A program made the translations under genes and the position numbers. Source: Torpedo marmorata (taxonomy: Eukaryota). Taken from it: a DNA stretch of 64,000 bases. The notes beneath the pieces are model-generated. The model was not told the DNA's origin. It made no database searches and worked only from the letters and a program-made list of their open reading frames with translations. Of this stretch, positions 1 to 9,572 are shown one piece after another. Location of the stretch: assembly GCA_977017645.1 (NCBI GenBank), contig OZ360236.1:63922001-63986000 (forward strand), written 5' to 3'. Every line of letters begins with the position of its first letter. Positions within the stretch are counted from its first letter, which is position 1.

Positions 1-503
1 CGAAGGAGCTGGGCGCGGATCGGAAGCAGCGAAGATGCGGGAGGGCTGTGGGGTTGCGGGCGCAGCTGGGCCCTCGAGGCGATGGAGCCGTGGTGGCTGC
101 GGAGTTGCACCGTTCAGCATTGATTGGTCCATAAGCAGTGGCGCTAGGGAGGCATCTGCAGGTACAGCCTGGGGAAGGGGGTCGGCAGGGACAAGGTAGG
201 GGTGGGTGGGGGTGAAGAGGGAGTTGGTGGCTGAGCTGGGGTGGAGAGGGAATTGGTGCATTGAGAAATCCCTGCAGCATTGAGAGATTGACTTGTATTT
301 TTGAGTTGGTAAAGTTATCTAAAAGATGGGTGTCAGATGTTTGGACAGGGAGGCAATTTCAGTGCATGCCATAGGCGCTATTTTCTGCAGATACGCCACT
401 GGGTGGGTGGGCATGGCCCGCGAATGCCCCCCCATGATGCCGACCCTGGGGGGCCTTACTGAAACTCAGCCTAGGGGGCCGGGCGGTAGTTAATCCACCA
501 CTG
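1..503. mobile_element. Right-hand part of a GC-rich hAT-like non-autonomous DNA transposon
   Basis: Ends in TTAATCCACCACTG (490-503), similar to the TTAATCCGGCCCTG end of the 7830-8769 element, and abuts a Penelope fragment. The left end is outside the window. Confidence 0.5.
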
Positions 504-1090
504 CCTCTGTGGCCTTCTCTACATCGAAGAGACTGGGCGCAGATTGGGAGATCACTTCGCTGAGCACCTTCGCTCCGTCTGCACCAGTGACAGAGACCTC
601 CCAGTAGCCAACCATTTCAGTTCTGTGTCACACTCCCATACTCACATGTCTGTCCATGGCCTTATGCACTATCCCATCAAGACCACCCGCAAATTGGAGG
701 AACAACACCTGATTTTCCGTCTGGGCACTACAGCCAGGTGGCATTAATATCGACTTTACTGGTTTCTGCTATCCTGCTCTCCACTTCCCCCTCCCCCTTC
801 CCTTCCCCTCCCCTTTCCAGTTCTCCTCCCTCCCTTCCCCCTCTATCCACCTAGCCATCCCTCCTCTCCTTGATCGACGCTGTCCCCTCCCTCCCTTCTT
901 CACCTTTCACCTCCCCCCTACTCTTTTGTTCGGACCCCTGCCGCCATTTTTCCATACCTTGATGAAGGGCTCAAGCCCGAAACGTCAGTTATGTATTTTT
1001 ACCTTTGCTATATAAATGACACTGCTTGATCTGCTGAGTTTCTCCAGCATTGTGTTTTTACTTTAACCATGGTGTCTACAGATTTTCGTG
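504..1090 (+). mobile_element. Penelope-like element 3' fragment (GIY-YIG endonuclease C-terminus, pyrimidine tract, hammerhead-like motif)
   Basis: Translation ...CGLLYIEETGRRLGDHFAEHLRSV...PVANHFSS...RKLEEQHLIFRLGT matches the PLE endonuclease pattern; TTGATGAAGGGCTCAAGCCCGAAACGTC at 959-986. Confidence 0.8.
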
Positions 1091-1381
1091 TTTTATCCCC
1101 TGTTAGACTAATCAGGGACTGCTCCGACATCACAAAAAGTTTTTTTGCACTATTGCAAAGTCACTTTTTTTTATACTAGAATAACTAAATATTTATTATC
1201 TATCTACTTTTTGTATTTATTGTCTCTTTTTAATTCAATTAAGTATACTATTGTGGTTGTTTTTCGGTTATTTTGTAGGTTTTGTTTTACAAAATACCTG
1301 TTTGACTGCAGTAAGTAACAATTTTGGAGCATCTATACATTGTACGATGTGTATGACAACACTTTTCTTCCTGCATTGTAG

Positions 1382-1485
1382 GAACTTCCATGTCTGGATC
1401 GAGAGTTGGATGGAACGAAATGACCTGAAGTCAAACTATGATGGATGGCAGGTACTGGACCCAACACCACAGGAGAAAAGTGAAG
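1382..1485 (+). CDS. TGM2: Transglutaminase 2-like, exon equivalent to human exon 8 (catalytic His and Asp)
   Basis: AG|...|GT boundaries, 104 bp; encodes (W)[34 protein letters not shown] with the NFH and LDPTPQE motifs. Upstream exons are outside the window. Confidence 0.9.
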
Positions 1486-2221
1486 GTAAAGACTGAAATA
1501 AAATGATAGCATTGGTTATAAATATAAAAGTGAGTCAACAGTGAAATATCAACACATAGTTTAGTTGCAAGGTCTTAACAAATGCACCCAGCAGATCTTC
1601 TCTTTGCATGCACTACAAAACTGCTCTACTCCCCGATCCCTCCACTCGAATAATTTCAAGATCACTAACACTGTTCTTTAAATCATGTTGCCTTTTCTCC
1701 ATTCTAACTGATCTCTCTCTGAAACTCTGCATTCTGGCCTGCATTTTATTTGCTGTACTTATGTATGGGTTGATTTCCTGAATAGCAACAAAATGAACCT
1801 TTTTGCTGTACCTCAGTACACAAGACAATTAATTTGAACTTATATGATAAACAATAATAGTTCTCCTCAAGTACTTCACACCTATTTTTATTATGTTGAT
1901 TTAATTACTGCTTTATTAATAGTAATTTTGGCTTGGATTACATAACATTACCTTCTCAAAGGAATATACAGTAGCTATTGAGATAGTGTAATAAATTTCA
2001 AAACCTAATTTATTCACACCAATTTTTCTGCTTCTGATAGTGCGGGTGCATGATTATTTCAGCACAGTTGCCTGGCAGTAAAAGTGAAGCACAACAATAG
2101 TTATAATTTCACAGAACGGTATCATTTTTGAACACTGTGATGTGGCAGTTAGGGATTCTGGAAGAGATTTATTTAACAGTGGGTGATTGTTTTTTTTCCC
2201 ATCATTTCCTTTGCTTTATAG

Positions 2222-2464
2222 GAATTTATTGCTGTGGACCTGCTCCACTCCAAGCGATCAAAGAAGGGGCAGTGGACATGAGGTATGATGTTCCCTTTGT
2301 TTTTGCGGAGGTCAACGCAGATGTGGTAACTTGGATATGCCACAGGGATGGCAGAAAAGTAAAGAAATCTATCCAAACTCAACATGTGGGTCAACGCATC
2401 AGCACCAAGAGTTGTGGCAGAAATAGTTGTGAAGATATCACCCACAATTACAAGTTACCTGAGG
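2222..2464 (+). CDS. TGM2: Transglutaminase 2-like, exon 9 equivalent
   Basis: 243 bp, AG/GT bounded, phase 1-1; GIYCCGPAPLQAIKEG...YDVPFVFAEVNADVV...ISTKSCGR...EDITHNYKLPEG. Confidence 0.92.
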
Positions 2465-2742
2465 GTATGCAAAAGAAACATTTGTTGGAAAATATACTTC
2501 TTAAAATTTCTTATTGCTCTGTTATATCACAATACTGAATTGCCATCATGCTTTATAGCAAGGCTAGAAAAATTGCATAATTTTTTGATGAACTGCACAG
2601 CAATTTGATAGTTAAAATATTGTATTTAATTAAACATTTGGATTAAGAAACCATAATTTCAAAATTAACAGCAGAAAAATTAAGACATTAATTATTATTT
2701 ATATTTTTTATATTATTGAACCAATATTTTCAATATATTTAG

Positions 2743-3015
2743 GGACTCATAAAGAAAGAGAAGTGTTTAATGAAGCTCAATTCAGAAGTAACTTGGAACC
2801 AATGCAAGAAGAGAAACTTAATGTGCAAATAAAAGCTGATGAATCAATAAAACACGGATCCAATATTCATGCTCTTGTGAACCTCACCAACAACAGTTCA
2901 GAGATCACAATTTGCAAACTTCACCTTAAAGCTCAGATCCTGAAATACACTGGAACACCTGTGAAAACAATTATGGCATTGAGCATGGATAAAGTTGTAG
3001 TGGAAGGCAATAAAG
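2743..3015 (+). CDS. TGM2: Transglutaminase 2-like, exon 10 equivalent
   Basis: 273 bp, TTTAG|GG...AAAG|GTAAT; GTHKEREVFNEA...LTNNSSE...KYTG aligns ungapped to human TG2 GSSEEREAF...ITNNTAE...SYNG. Confidence 0.88.
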
Positions 3016-3194
3016 GTAATGAAAGTACTATTGATCATACCTCATATCTGCATTCCTTTGCCATGTTAAAAGATAATCTGTTTAAGATTTGATTGTCTCT
3101 GCCTTGATACCAGAACACCATCTGAAAATATCTGACTTACTAAATTTATATTATTTATTAACTAATTGCAGTGATATTTAAGGGCGACATGGAA

Positions 3195-3705
3195 TATTAT
3201 TTTAATTCCACACACCATTCCCACACCGACATGTCTATCCATGGCCTCATGCACTGCCAAACCAAGGCTACCTGTAAACTGGAGGAACAACACCTAATAT
3301 TCCCTCTAGGCACCCTCCAACCAGACTGCATTAACATCGACTTCTTCTTTTTCCATTAAACCTTTCCTTCCAAGTCTCTCTCTTTCCCTATCCCTCTGTG
3401 TCCTTTCCTCCTGCTCCCCACCTCCTTCCCTTCCCATTCAGAGCGACACCCTCCCTCTATCACTTCTCAGCTTTTTTCTCTTCTACCCTCCCACCCTTAT
3501 TCAACTCTTAGCTTGTGATCTTCCTCCTGCCGCTTACTCCCTCCTCTCCCCTTCCCCCTACCCACCCAGTCCCCCCAACCTTTTTATTGAGGTGCCTGCC
3601 TGCTTTTTACTCATAGTTGATGAAGGGCTCAGGCCCGAAACTTTGGTTATCCTTTACTTCCTATAGATGCTGCATGACCTGCTGAGTTCTCCAGCACTTT
3701 TGTGC
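3195..3705 (+). mobile_element. Penelope-like element 3' fragment
   Basis: HFNST-like/CKLEEQHLIFPLGTLQPDCINIDF translation, pyrimidine tract and TTGATGAAGGGCTCAGGCCCGAAAC (3617-3641); similar to 504-1090. Confidence 0.8.
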
Positions 3706-4099
3706 ATTGCATGAAATTAAATATCCCAGATCTATCCATCAGTGCAGTACTTGTAGCAAATTTTATTTACACCTGATTAAATGTATTTGTGTGCAAATTT
3801 GTCACACTTTCCTACTGAGTTCAAATCTTAAATCACGCATTCACTCTCTTTTATTTCTCCTGTTGTTCATACATTCACTGCAACTCTCTGCCCTCCATGT
3901 TCATCCCCCCCATCTATCACGACCAAACCATTTGTGTTGAATCCAGATTGCATTTAGGTTTTCTTCTGTCTTTAGCCAGTTGAATGCTCACAGAGCACAA
4001 CAGACTGAATACGGTTAACACATAAGTTCTGAGAAAATCTGGATGTTGACGAGCTACATTTTTTTTCCTTAAAGCAACGAAGGTTGTGATTTCAAAAAA

Positions 4100-4750
4100 T
4101 AGACTGATACAGTGTAGTAGTGGTCGAGTGTGTTGGCTCCTCTGGTCTCGCATGTGACGTGTTGGTGGTAGTTCGTTAGAGTCTTCTTCAGGTTGGCCTG
4201 ATTGAAGTCCCTTACAATGATTGGGAAGGCATCAGGATGTGCTGTCTCATGGCTGCTAATCACAGTGCTCAGTCCCACCAGTGCCAGCCTGACTTTAGCC
4301 TGGAGCGGAATGTGCACTGCGACCAGGATGATGGCGGTGAAATCCCTCGGCAGGAAGAATGGGCAACACTTGATTTGCCAGATGTTCCAGGTCGGGAGAG
4401 CAGGACTGGGACATGACCATCACGTCTGTGCACCACAATGAATTGATGATGGCACAAATGCCGCCTCCCCTGGTTTTTCCTGAAGCCGGTGTCCGGTCAG
4501 CGCGATGGAGGGTGCAGCTCACAGGCTGTAGCGTCGTGTCCGGAATGTCCTCGTTTAACCATGTTTCTGTGAAGCACATCACACAGCACTCCCTGATGTC
4601 TCTCTGATGTTGTAATCTGGCTCGGAGTTCATCGGGTTTGTTCTCCAAGGATTTTACATTGGCCAGGAGGATGGTAGGGTGCGGAAGCCTCAGGGCCCGG
4701 TGTCTTAGCTTAATCAGTAGCCCAACTCTGCGTCTACGTGGTCAGGTCTT
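4100..4750 (-). mobile_element. Rex1/Babar-like LINE, AP-endonuclease region, degenerate
   Basis: Minus-strand translation NKPDELRARL...CFTETWL...RADRT...GKTRGGGIC...DFNQANL...TLDH; frameshifted. Confidence 0.8.
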
Positions 4751-4851
4751 CTTTAAGTGGCCTGTGGATCCGCTGCTGGTAACACCAGCAGTGTTTAAAT
4801 GGTCCGTGCGATGTCTCTTTAAATCTCCCGTGGTGTTTAAATGGACTGAGC

Positions 4852-5340
4852 CAGTGGCGTAGCTGGGGTGGGGTGCAGTGCAGTGGTGCAGGGGGAGCAA
4901 CCACTCCCCCTGAGCACATTTGTTCAAAAGTGGCGCCTGTTTTTGAACTGTGAAACCACGGCATCTGATCTGCCCTGCCGTCTCCTTGTGTGTTCTCCCT
5001 GCTGATTGAGCTGTTAGCTGGTGTGGATCGCATGCCGCACATGAGTGAATTGCCGCGAACACAAGGTGCGAAAAGAATTCGATATTCAAACAGTAAATCT
5101 GAGAGGGAGAGCCCGAGAGGCGAGAGCTGTGAGTAAAATGTTTGTTTTATTTAAAAACTGAATTGCAAATTGTGCCCCACAATTCAGGTAGGCCGAGGGG
5201 AGGGTTCAGAGTCGGGCGTCGGGAGCTCCGGTGACCGGAGCTCCCGACCCCCGACTCCGAACCCTCCCCTGTGTGTCGCCCTCGGCCTCACGCACACCAG
5301 AGTCTGGTGTGTATGTGCGGGAGTAGGCTGAGGATGTTTG
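4852..5340. mobile_element. Left portion of a hAT-like non-autonomous element with GC-rich interior
   Basis: Begins CAGTGGCGTAGC (hAT-type terminus); contains the palindromic GTCGGGAGCTCCGGTGACCGGAGCTCCCGAC near 5218-5248. No matching right TIR seen; end coordinate approximate. Confidence 0.35.
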
Positions 5341-5456
5341 TTATCTTGGTACCATGCCATTAGGCTTCAGGCTCAAGGAATCATCCCAAACACTTCTGCA
5401 GAAAGATTGCTTTGCCCTGTATGATAGATCATTCAATGTAAGATGATGCCACGGCT

Positions 5457-6187
5457 TCCCGTGACCAATGAGGCAGAGGAGCGTCTGCAGGACCACTTTG
5501 AATCGGTGGACTGGACCGTATTCAAGAACTCATCCTTAGACTCGAATGAATATGCAACATGAGGGTCAAGAACTTCAAATTTCTGGGTGTGAACATCTCC
5601 GAGGATCTGTCCTGGAGCCTCCATGTCGATGCAATCACGAAGAAGGCTCGCCAGCGGCTATACTTTATGAGGTGTTTGAGGAGATTCGATATGTCACCGA
5701 AGACTCTCGAAAACTTCTACAGGTGTACCGTGAAGAGCATTCTGGCTGGTTGCATCACTGTCTGGTACAGAGGTGCCAACGCTCAGGACAAGAAAAATCT
5801 CCAGAGTGTTGTTAACTCAGCCTGCGACGTCACGGGCACCAAACTTCACTCCATCGAGGACATCTACAAGAGGCGGTGTCTTAAGAAAGCAACCTCTATC
5901 CTCAAGGACGCCCACCACCCAGGCCATGCCCTCTTCACTCTGCTACCATCGGAAAAAAGGTACAGAGCCTAAAAACGAGCACTCAGTGGCAAAGGACAGC
6001 TTCTTCCCCGCTGCCATCAGATTGCTGAATGATCAATGAACCAAAGACAGTGCCTTACTTTGACTTTTCATGCACTATTTTTATTTATTGTTGTAATGTG
6101 GTTTATATGAATGTTTGCACTGTGATGCTTGCCGCAAAACAATGAATTTTGTGACTTGTTCATGACAATAAATTCTGATTCTGATCT
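5457..6187 (+). mobile_element. Rex1/Babar-like LINE 3' end (RT C-terminus), internally deleted
   Basis: VKNFKFLGVNISEDLSWSLHVDAITKKARQRLYF...DSFFPAAIRLLN; 3' tail GACAATAAATTCTGATTCTGAT; highly similar copies at 17990, 32725 and 63225. Confidence 0.85.
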
Positions 6188-7044
6188 GATACCTCACTTA
6201 ATGCATGGATATGTTGAAAGCAATAAGACAATTCATAGAATCAGTGCTAAAATGGTCATTATGTATACAGGTATAGAGAGGTGCAGGTAACTGCTGCGTG
6301 AAAGACTGCGATCAAACCTCTATGCTCCCCAGGCTGTCTGCTCGAATTTGGGAGCATATCCCTGCTTTCTCCATTGCTGCTTTGTACTGTGATGAGAACC
6401 TGGTGTGAATCCAACCCGTGGCTCAGTGTGCCGTGGCTGTCTGCGAGGACTGGTGTTAGATAGACCAGAGCTGCTTTGTGGTGACTCTGCACAGAGTTGT
6501 ACGGCTCGTCAGGGCTGCACCCTGTCTGTGTCAATGAGCGCAGACCTTGGATGGGGACTGGGTGCCCAGGTCTCTGTGTTGACAGATCAGTACGGTCTCT
6601 CTCATCACTGGCTGTTGGATGAGATGAAAGCTGGTGCCTTCAGCACACATTTGCCTGCACAGATCTTCCCACCCCAAATATTTCTCAATGTTAATATGCA
6701 CAACAATGGTGGCTGGCCATTTACACTCATTTAGACACTGGCTAGTTCACTGATTGTGTAAAATGTAAATTTCTTCCATTTTGCTTTCCAAGTTGAAAAT
6801 TGCTGCATTAAGTTTTCTAGAAATTATGGGAATATTCATCATTGACATTGACTTTTGTTCATAAAACACTCAGAACCTGTTGTTTATAATATGAAAAATT
6901 AACTTCTGAACCATTTCCAACAGCACCAAAGAAGCCAGTGTCAGTTTTAAGCACAAATCACCTCTCTTTCTGGCCCATTTTCTGAGCCATTCACTTACTC
7001 TGATTTTCCCCAATAATACTGAAGTCAATTAATCTTAGCATGAT

Positions 7045-7395
7045 ATATATGGTAGTCCTTCGATTTGAAGAAGACACGTTGTTGTGAAGTTCATCTGTGG
7101 ACACGAAGGTGACTCTGCAGTCCCAGTCTGGAAGTGCAGAGTCTAGCACAATGGGGGCACTGGAAGTCCGTTGTTGTAATAACTGTGGCTGCTGCTTTGT
7201 GATGCCATTCACGGTTTTCCATCAGTTTTTGTCAGCGCCTGTCTTCAAAACTGGTGTACGCTTCATAGCACAGGGCTGACCAGCGGGTTCTGTCAGCAGC
7301 CGCAGCTTCGAGTTCTCTTGGCTCGATGTCACAGTAGCGTCTTTATGGCGCTTGCGTGGACGACCTTGAGGTCTCCTTCCGGTCTCCATTTCTTA
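7045..7395 (-). mobile_element. RTE-clade LINE 3' fragment with terminal C2H2 zinc finger
   Basis: Minus strand METGRRPQGRPRKRHKD, then after a frameshift ...AAADRTRWSALCYE...FQCPHCARLCTSRLGLQSHLRVHR*. Confidence 0.75.
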
Positions 7396-7829
7396 GCATG
7401 ATAGAATCTGGCATTCTATCATGCCTTTATCATTGCCAAACTAGTGCTATATATTAACACTATCTTAGCTTTCTGCAAATCTCCAATTTAACGGAAACTC
7501 CAACGTGCAACTCTGCCATCTGTCACAAGCACAGGACACATCTAATCTGGGTGGTTTATGCTCGATCATTAGCAGTGGGGCTGGGTCTTGTATGCAGCTC
7601 TTATTCATCCATAACCTGGTCATCAATGCCTAGTTTGGGTTTTGCGAGGACCATTCAGACCTCATCACAGCCTTGTCTGGATGTGGATAAAACAGCTATC
7701 TTCTATTGAGAGTCAACGCCCTTGACATCAAGGCAGCAAGTGCCCAAGTGTGGCTTCAAGGAGCCCAGTAAAACTGAAGTCAATAGGCATCAAGGGGGAA
7801 CCACTCCAATAGTTAGAATCATACACGCA

Positions 7830-8769
7830 CAGGGCCGGATTAACCTAGTAGCAAAAGTAGCATATGCTACGGGCCCCGCATTTTCAAGGCCCTGCGCTAA
7901 ATGCTTGCAAGCTATCAATTCAAGTACAAGGACATGCTGCGCTTCGCCGTGGCCCAGTCTGAGGCAGCCCGCCAGATGGGCGACCCGGATCACATCACCG
8001 AGGCCTACCTCAACCTGGCACGGGGCCAGGAGAAGCTGTGCGAGTTCTCCGAGTTCGTGGCCTACTGCAGGACGTGCCTCGGCGCCGAGGGCGGCCCGCT
8101 GCGCCTGCAGTTCAACGGGCAGATCTGCCTCAGCATGGGCAACACCTACCTCGGCCTCAGCGTCTTCCAGAAGGCGCTCGAGTGCGTCGAGAAGGCGCTG
8201 CGCTACGCGCACGGCAACGACGACAAGATGCTGGAGTGCCGCATGTGCTGCAGCCTGGGCGCCTTCTACATGCAGCTGAAGGAATATGAGAAGGCGCTCT
8301 TCTTCCCCTGTAAGGGCGCCGAGCTGGTCGCTGACCACGGCAGGGGCTGGAGCCTCAAGTACAAGGCCATGAGCAGCTACCACACTGGGACCTCGGGTCA
8401 TTGGGGTGGGGGTGACACTGGGATAGGGTGGCCATTTCAAACTTACCAAAACGGAGGACATGCAGGGGTCAGCGTCAGAAACTCTCTCCGGCTGGGGGGG
8501 GGGCGCCGTCACACTTCCCCCTCATTGCGCACGCGTGAGTCGGCACTCGCTCATGCGCGCGAGAAGAAACATGGCCACGCACGCAGGTAAGTGCCCTTTC
8601 TGCCACTTAATTTGTCCTCCATTTGGGGGTGTAGGGTCTACACCCCCAAATGGAGGACAAATTAATGTCAGGCTCGAGGTTTATGCGTTTTAATATTTGT
8701 GTATTTTTAAAATTTAGGGCCCCTTTATAACATATGCTACAGGCCCCGCACTAGCTTAATCCGGCCCTG
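7830..8769. mobile_element. Non-autonomous hAT-type DNA transposon carrying a captured RAPSN fragment (Pack-hAT)
   Basis: TIRs CAGGGCCGGATTAACCTAGT (7830-7849) and ACTAGCTTAATCCGGCCCTG (8750-8769), 19/20 match; subterminal direct repeat CATATGCTAC[G/A]GGCCCCGCA (7861-7880, 8731-8750); 8-bp flanks TACACGCA (7822-7829) / TACATACA (8770-8777) differing only at a CpG. Confidence 0.88.
7921..8384 (+). pseudogene. RAPSN: Intronless internal fragment of rapsyn (43 kDa acetylcholine-receptor-associated protein), TPR region; lies within chimeric ORF 7901-8590
   Basis: [22 protein letters not shown]...[14 protein letters not shown]...GQICLSMGN...[30 protein letters not shown]...[14 protein letters not shown]...[12 protein letters not shown] is clearly rapsyn (about residues 58-211). 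It lacks the myristoylated N-terminus and the RING domain; no stop or frameshift. Confidence 0.92.
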
Positions 8770-9120
8770 TACATACACAAAGGATGATGGTTGTTGTTGG
8801 ACGTTAAGCAACGCTGCCCTGGGACATCACTGTAAGAATTCCTCAGGGCAGTATCTGAGATGCAAATATCTTTGGCTGTTCATCATTTATCTTCCTTCCA
8901 TCATAAAGGATGTTCACTGATCATTGCACAATGTTCTATTTCATTGACAACTCTCAGCACACAAAGCATACCATTCTTAGATAATATTCAGACATAGGCT
9001 GAAAAATAATCTTCCCAATCTTATTTCATAGCTTAAAATCCTTTGTGTAACATTGAGGATTGTATATGTGAAATGATTAATTATCCATTTTAATGTTCCC
9101 TATTTTTATTATTCTTTCAG

Positions 9121-9281
9121 TTACGACAGTGCCTCTAGAAGTGCCTTTCTCAGATTTTGGCAATTACCTGGATAATCATCAGTTGATCAAGCTGATAGCA
9201 ATATCAGTTGATATACGAACAAATGAAAATGCTTTGGCAATGAAAGATATTTGTGTGGTCAAACCTGTTATCGAAATAAAG
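9121..9281 (+). CDS. TGM2: Transglutaminase 2-like, exon 11 equivalent
   Basis: 161 bp, TTTCAG|...AAG|GTAAT; TTVPLEV...LIKL...LAMKDICVVKPVIEIK. Confidence 0.85.
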
Positions 9282-9384
9282 GTAATAATCTTCAACAACT
9301 GTCAACTACTTTAATGCAGGCATTAAAATTAATCAGCCAGTCTACGAGGTTATATCACTATGTTTCATGACATTCAGTTATTTT

Positions 9385-9572
9385 TATTTTTTAAATTTTA
9401 ATTTAGAGATACAGCACGGTAACAGGCCTCTCCGGCCTACAAGCCCACGTTGCCCAAATACACCTATATGACCAAATAAATAACCTGCTAATCCCATGCA
9501 TCTCTGGAATGTGGGAGGAAACCAGAGCCTCTGGTGGAAACCCAGACAGACAAGGGAGAATGAACAAACTCC
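9385..9572 (-). mobile_element. V-SINE (HE1-like), 3' part
   Basis: Reverse complement of GGAGTTTG..TTCTCCC..GTCTGGGTTTCC...GGTTTCCTCCCAC core, with tail ...TGCTGTATCTCTAAATTAAA. Confidence 0.75.

Larger units (their letters stand above)
7420..9000 (+). mobile_element. Old CR1-type LINE RT fragment split by the 7830-8769 DNA transposon
   Basis: LDIKAA..., ...GAATCATACACGCA[insert]CAAAGGATGATGGTTGTTGTTGG...CCTCAGGGCAGT (PQGS motif); LINE sequence is continuous once the insert and one TSD copy are removed. Outer ends approximate. Confidence 0.65.

Noticed and set aside
7722-8512. Overlapping long ORFs 7722-8279 (+), 8038-8289 (+) and 7790-8512 (-)
   Set aside because: Shadow frames of the very GC3-rich rapsyn codons; no independent protein signature.
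7901-8590. The organism's authentic RAPSN gene
   Set aside because: No MGQDQTK N-terminus, coiled coil or RING domain; no splice sites at the homology borders; enclosed by TIRs and a TSD inside a LINE within another gene's intron.
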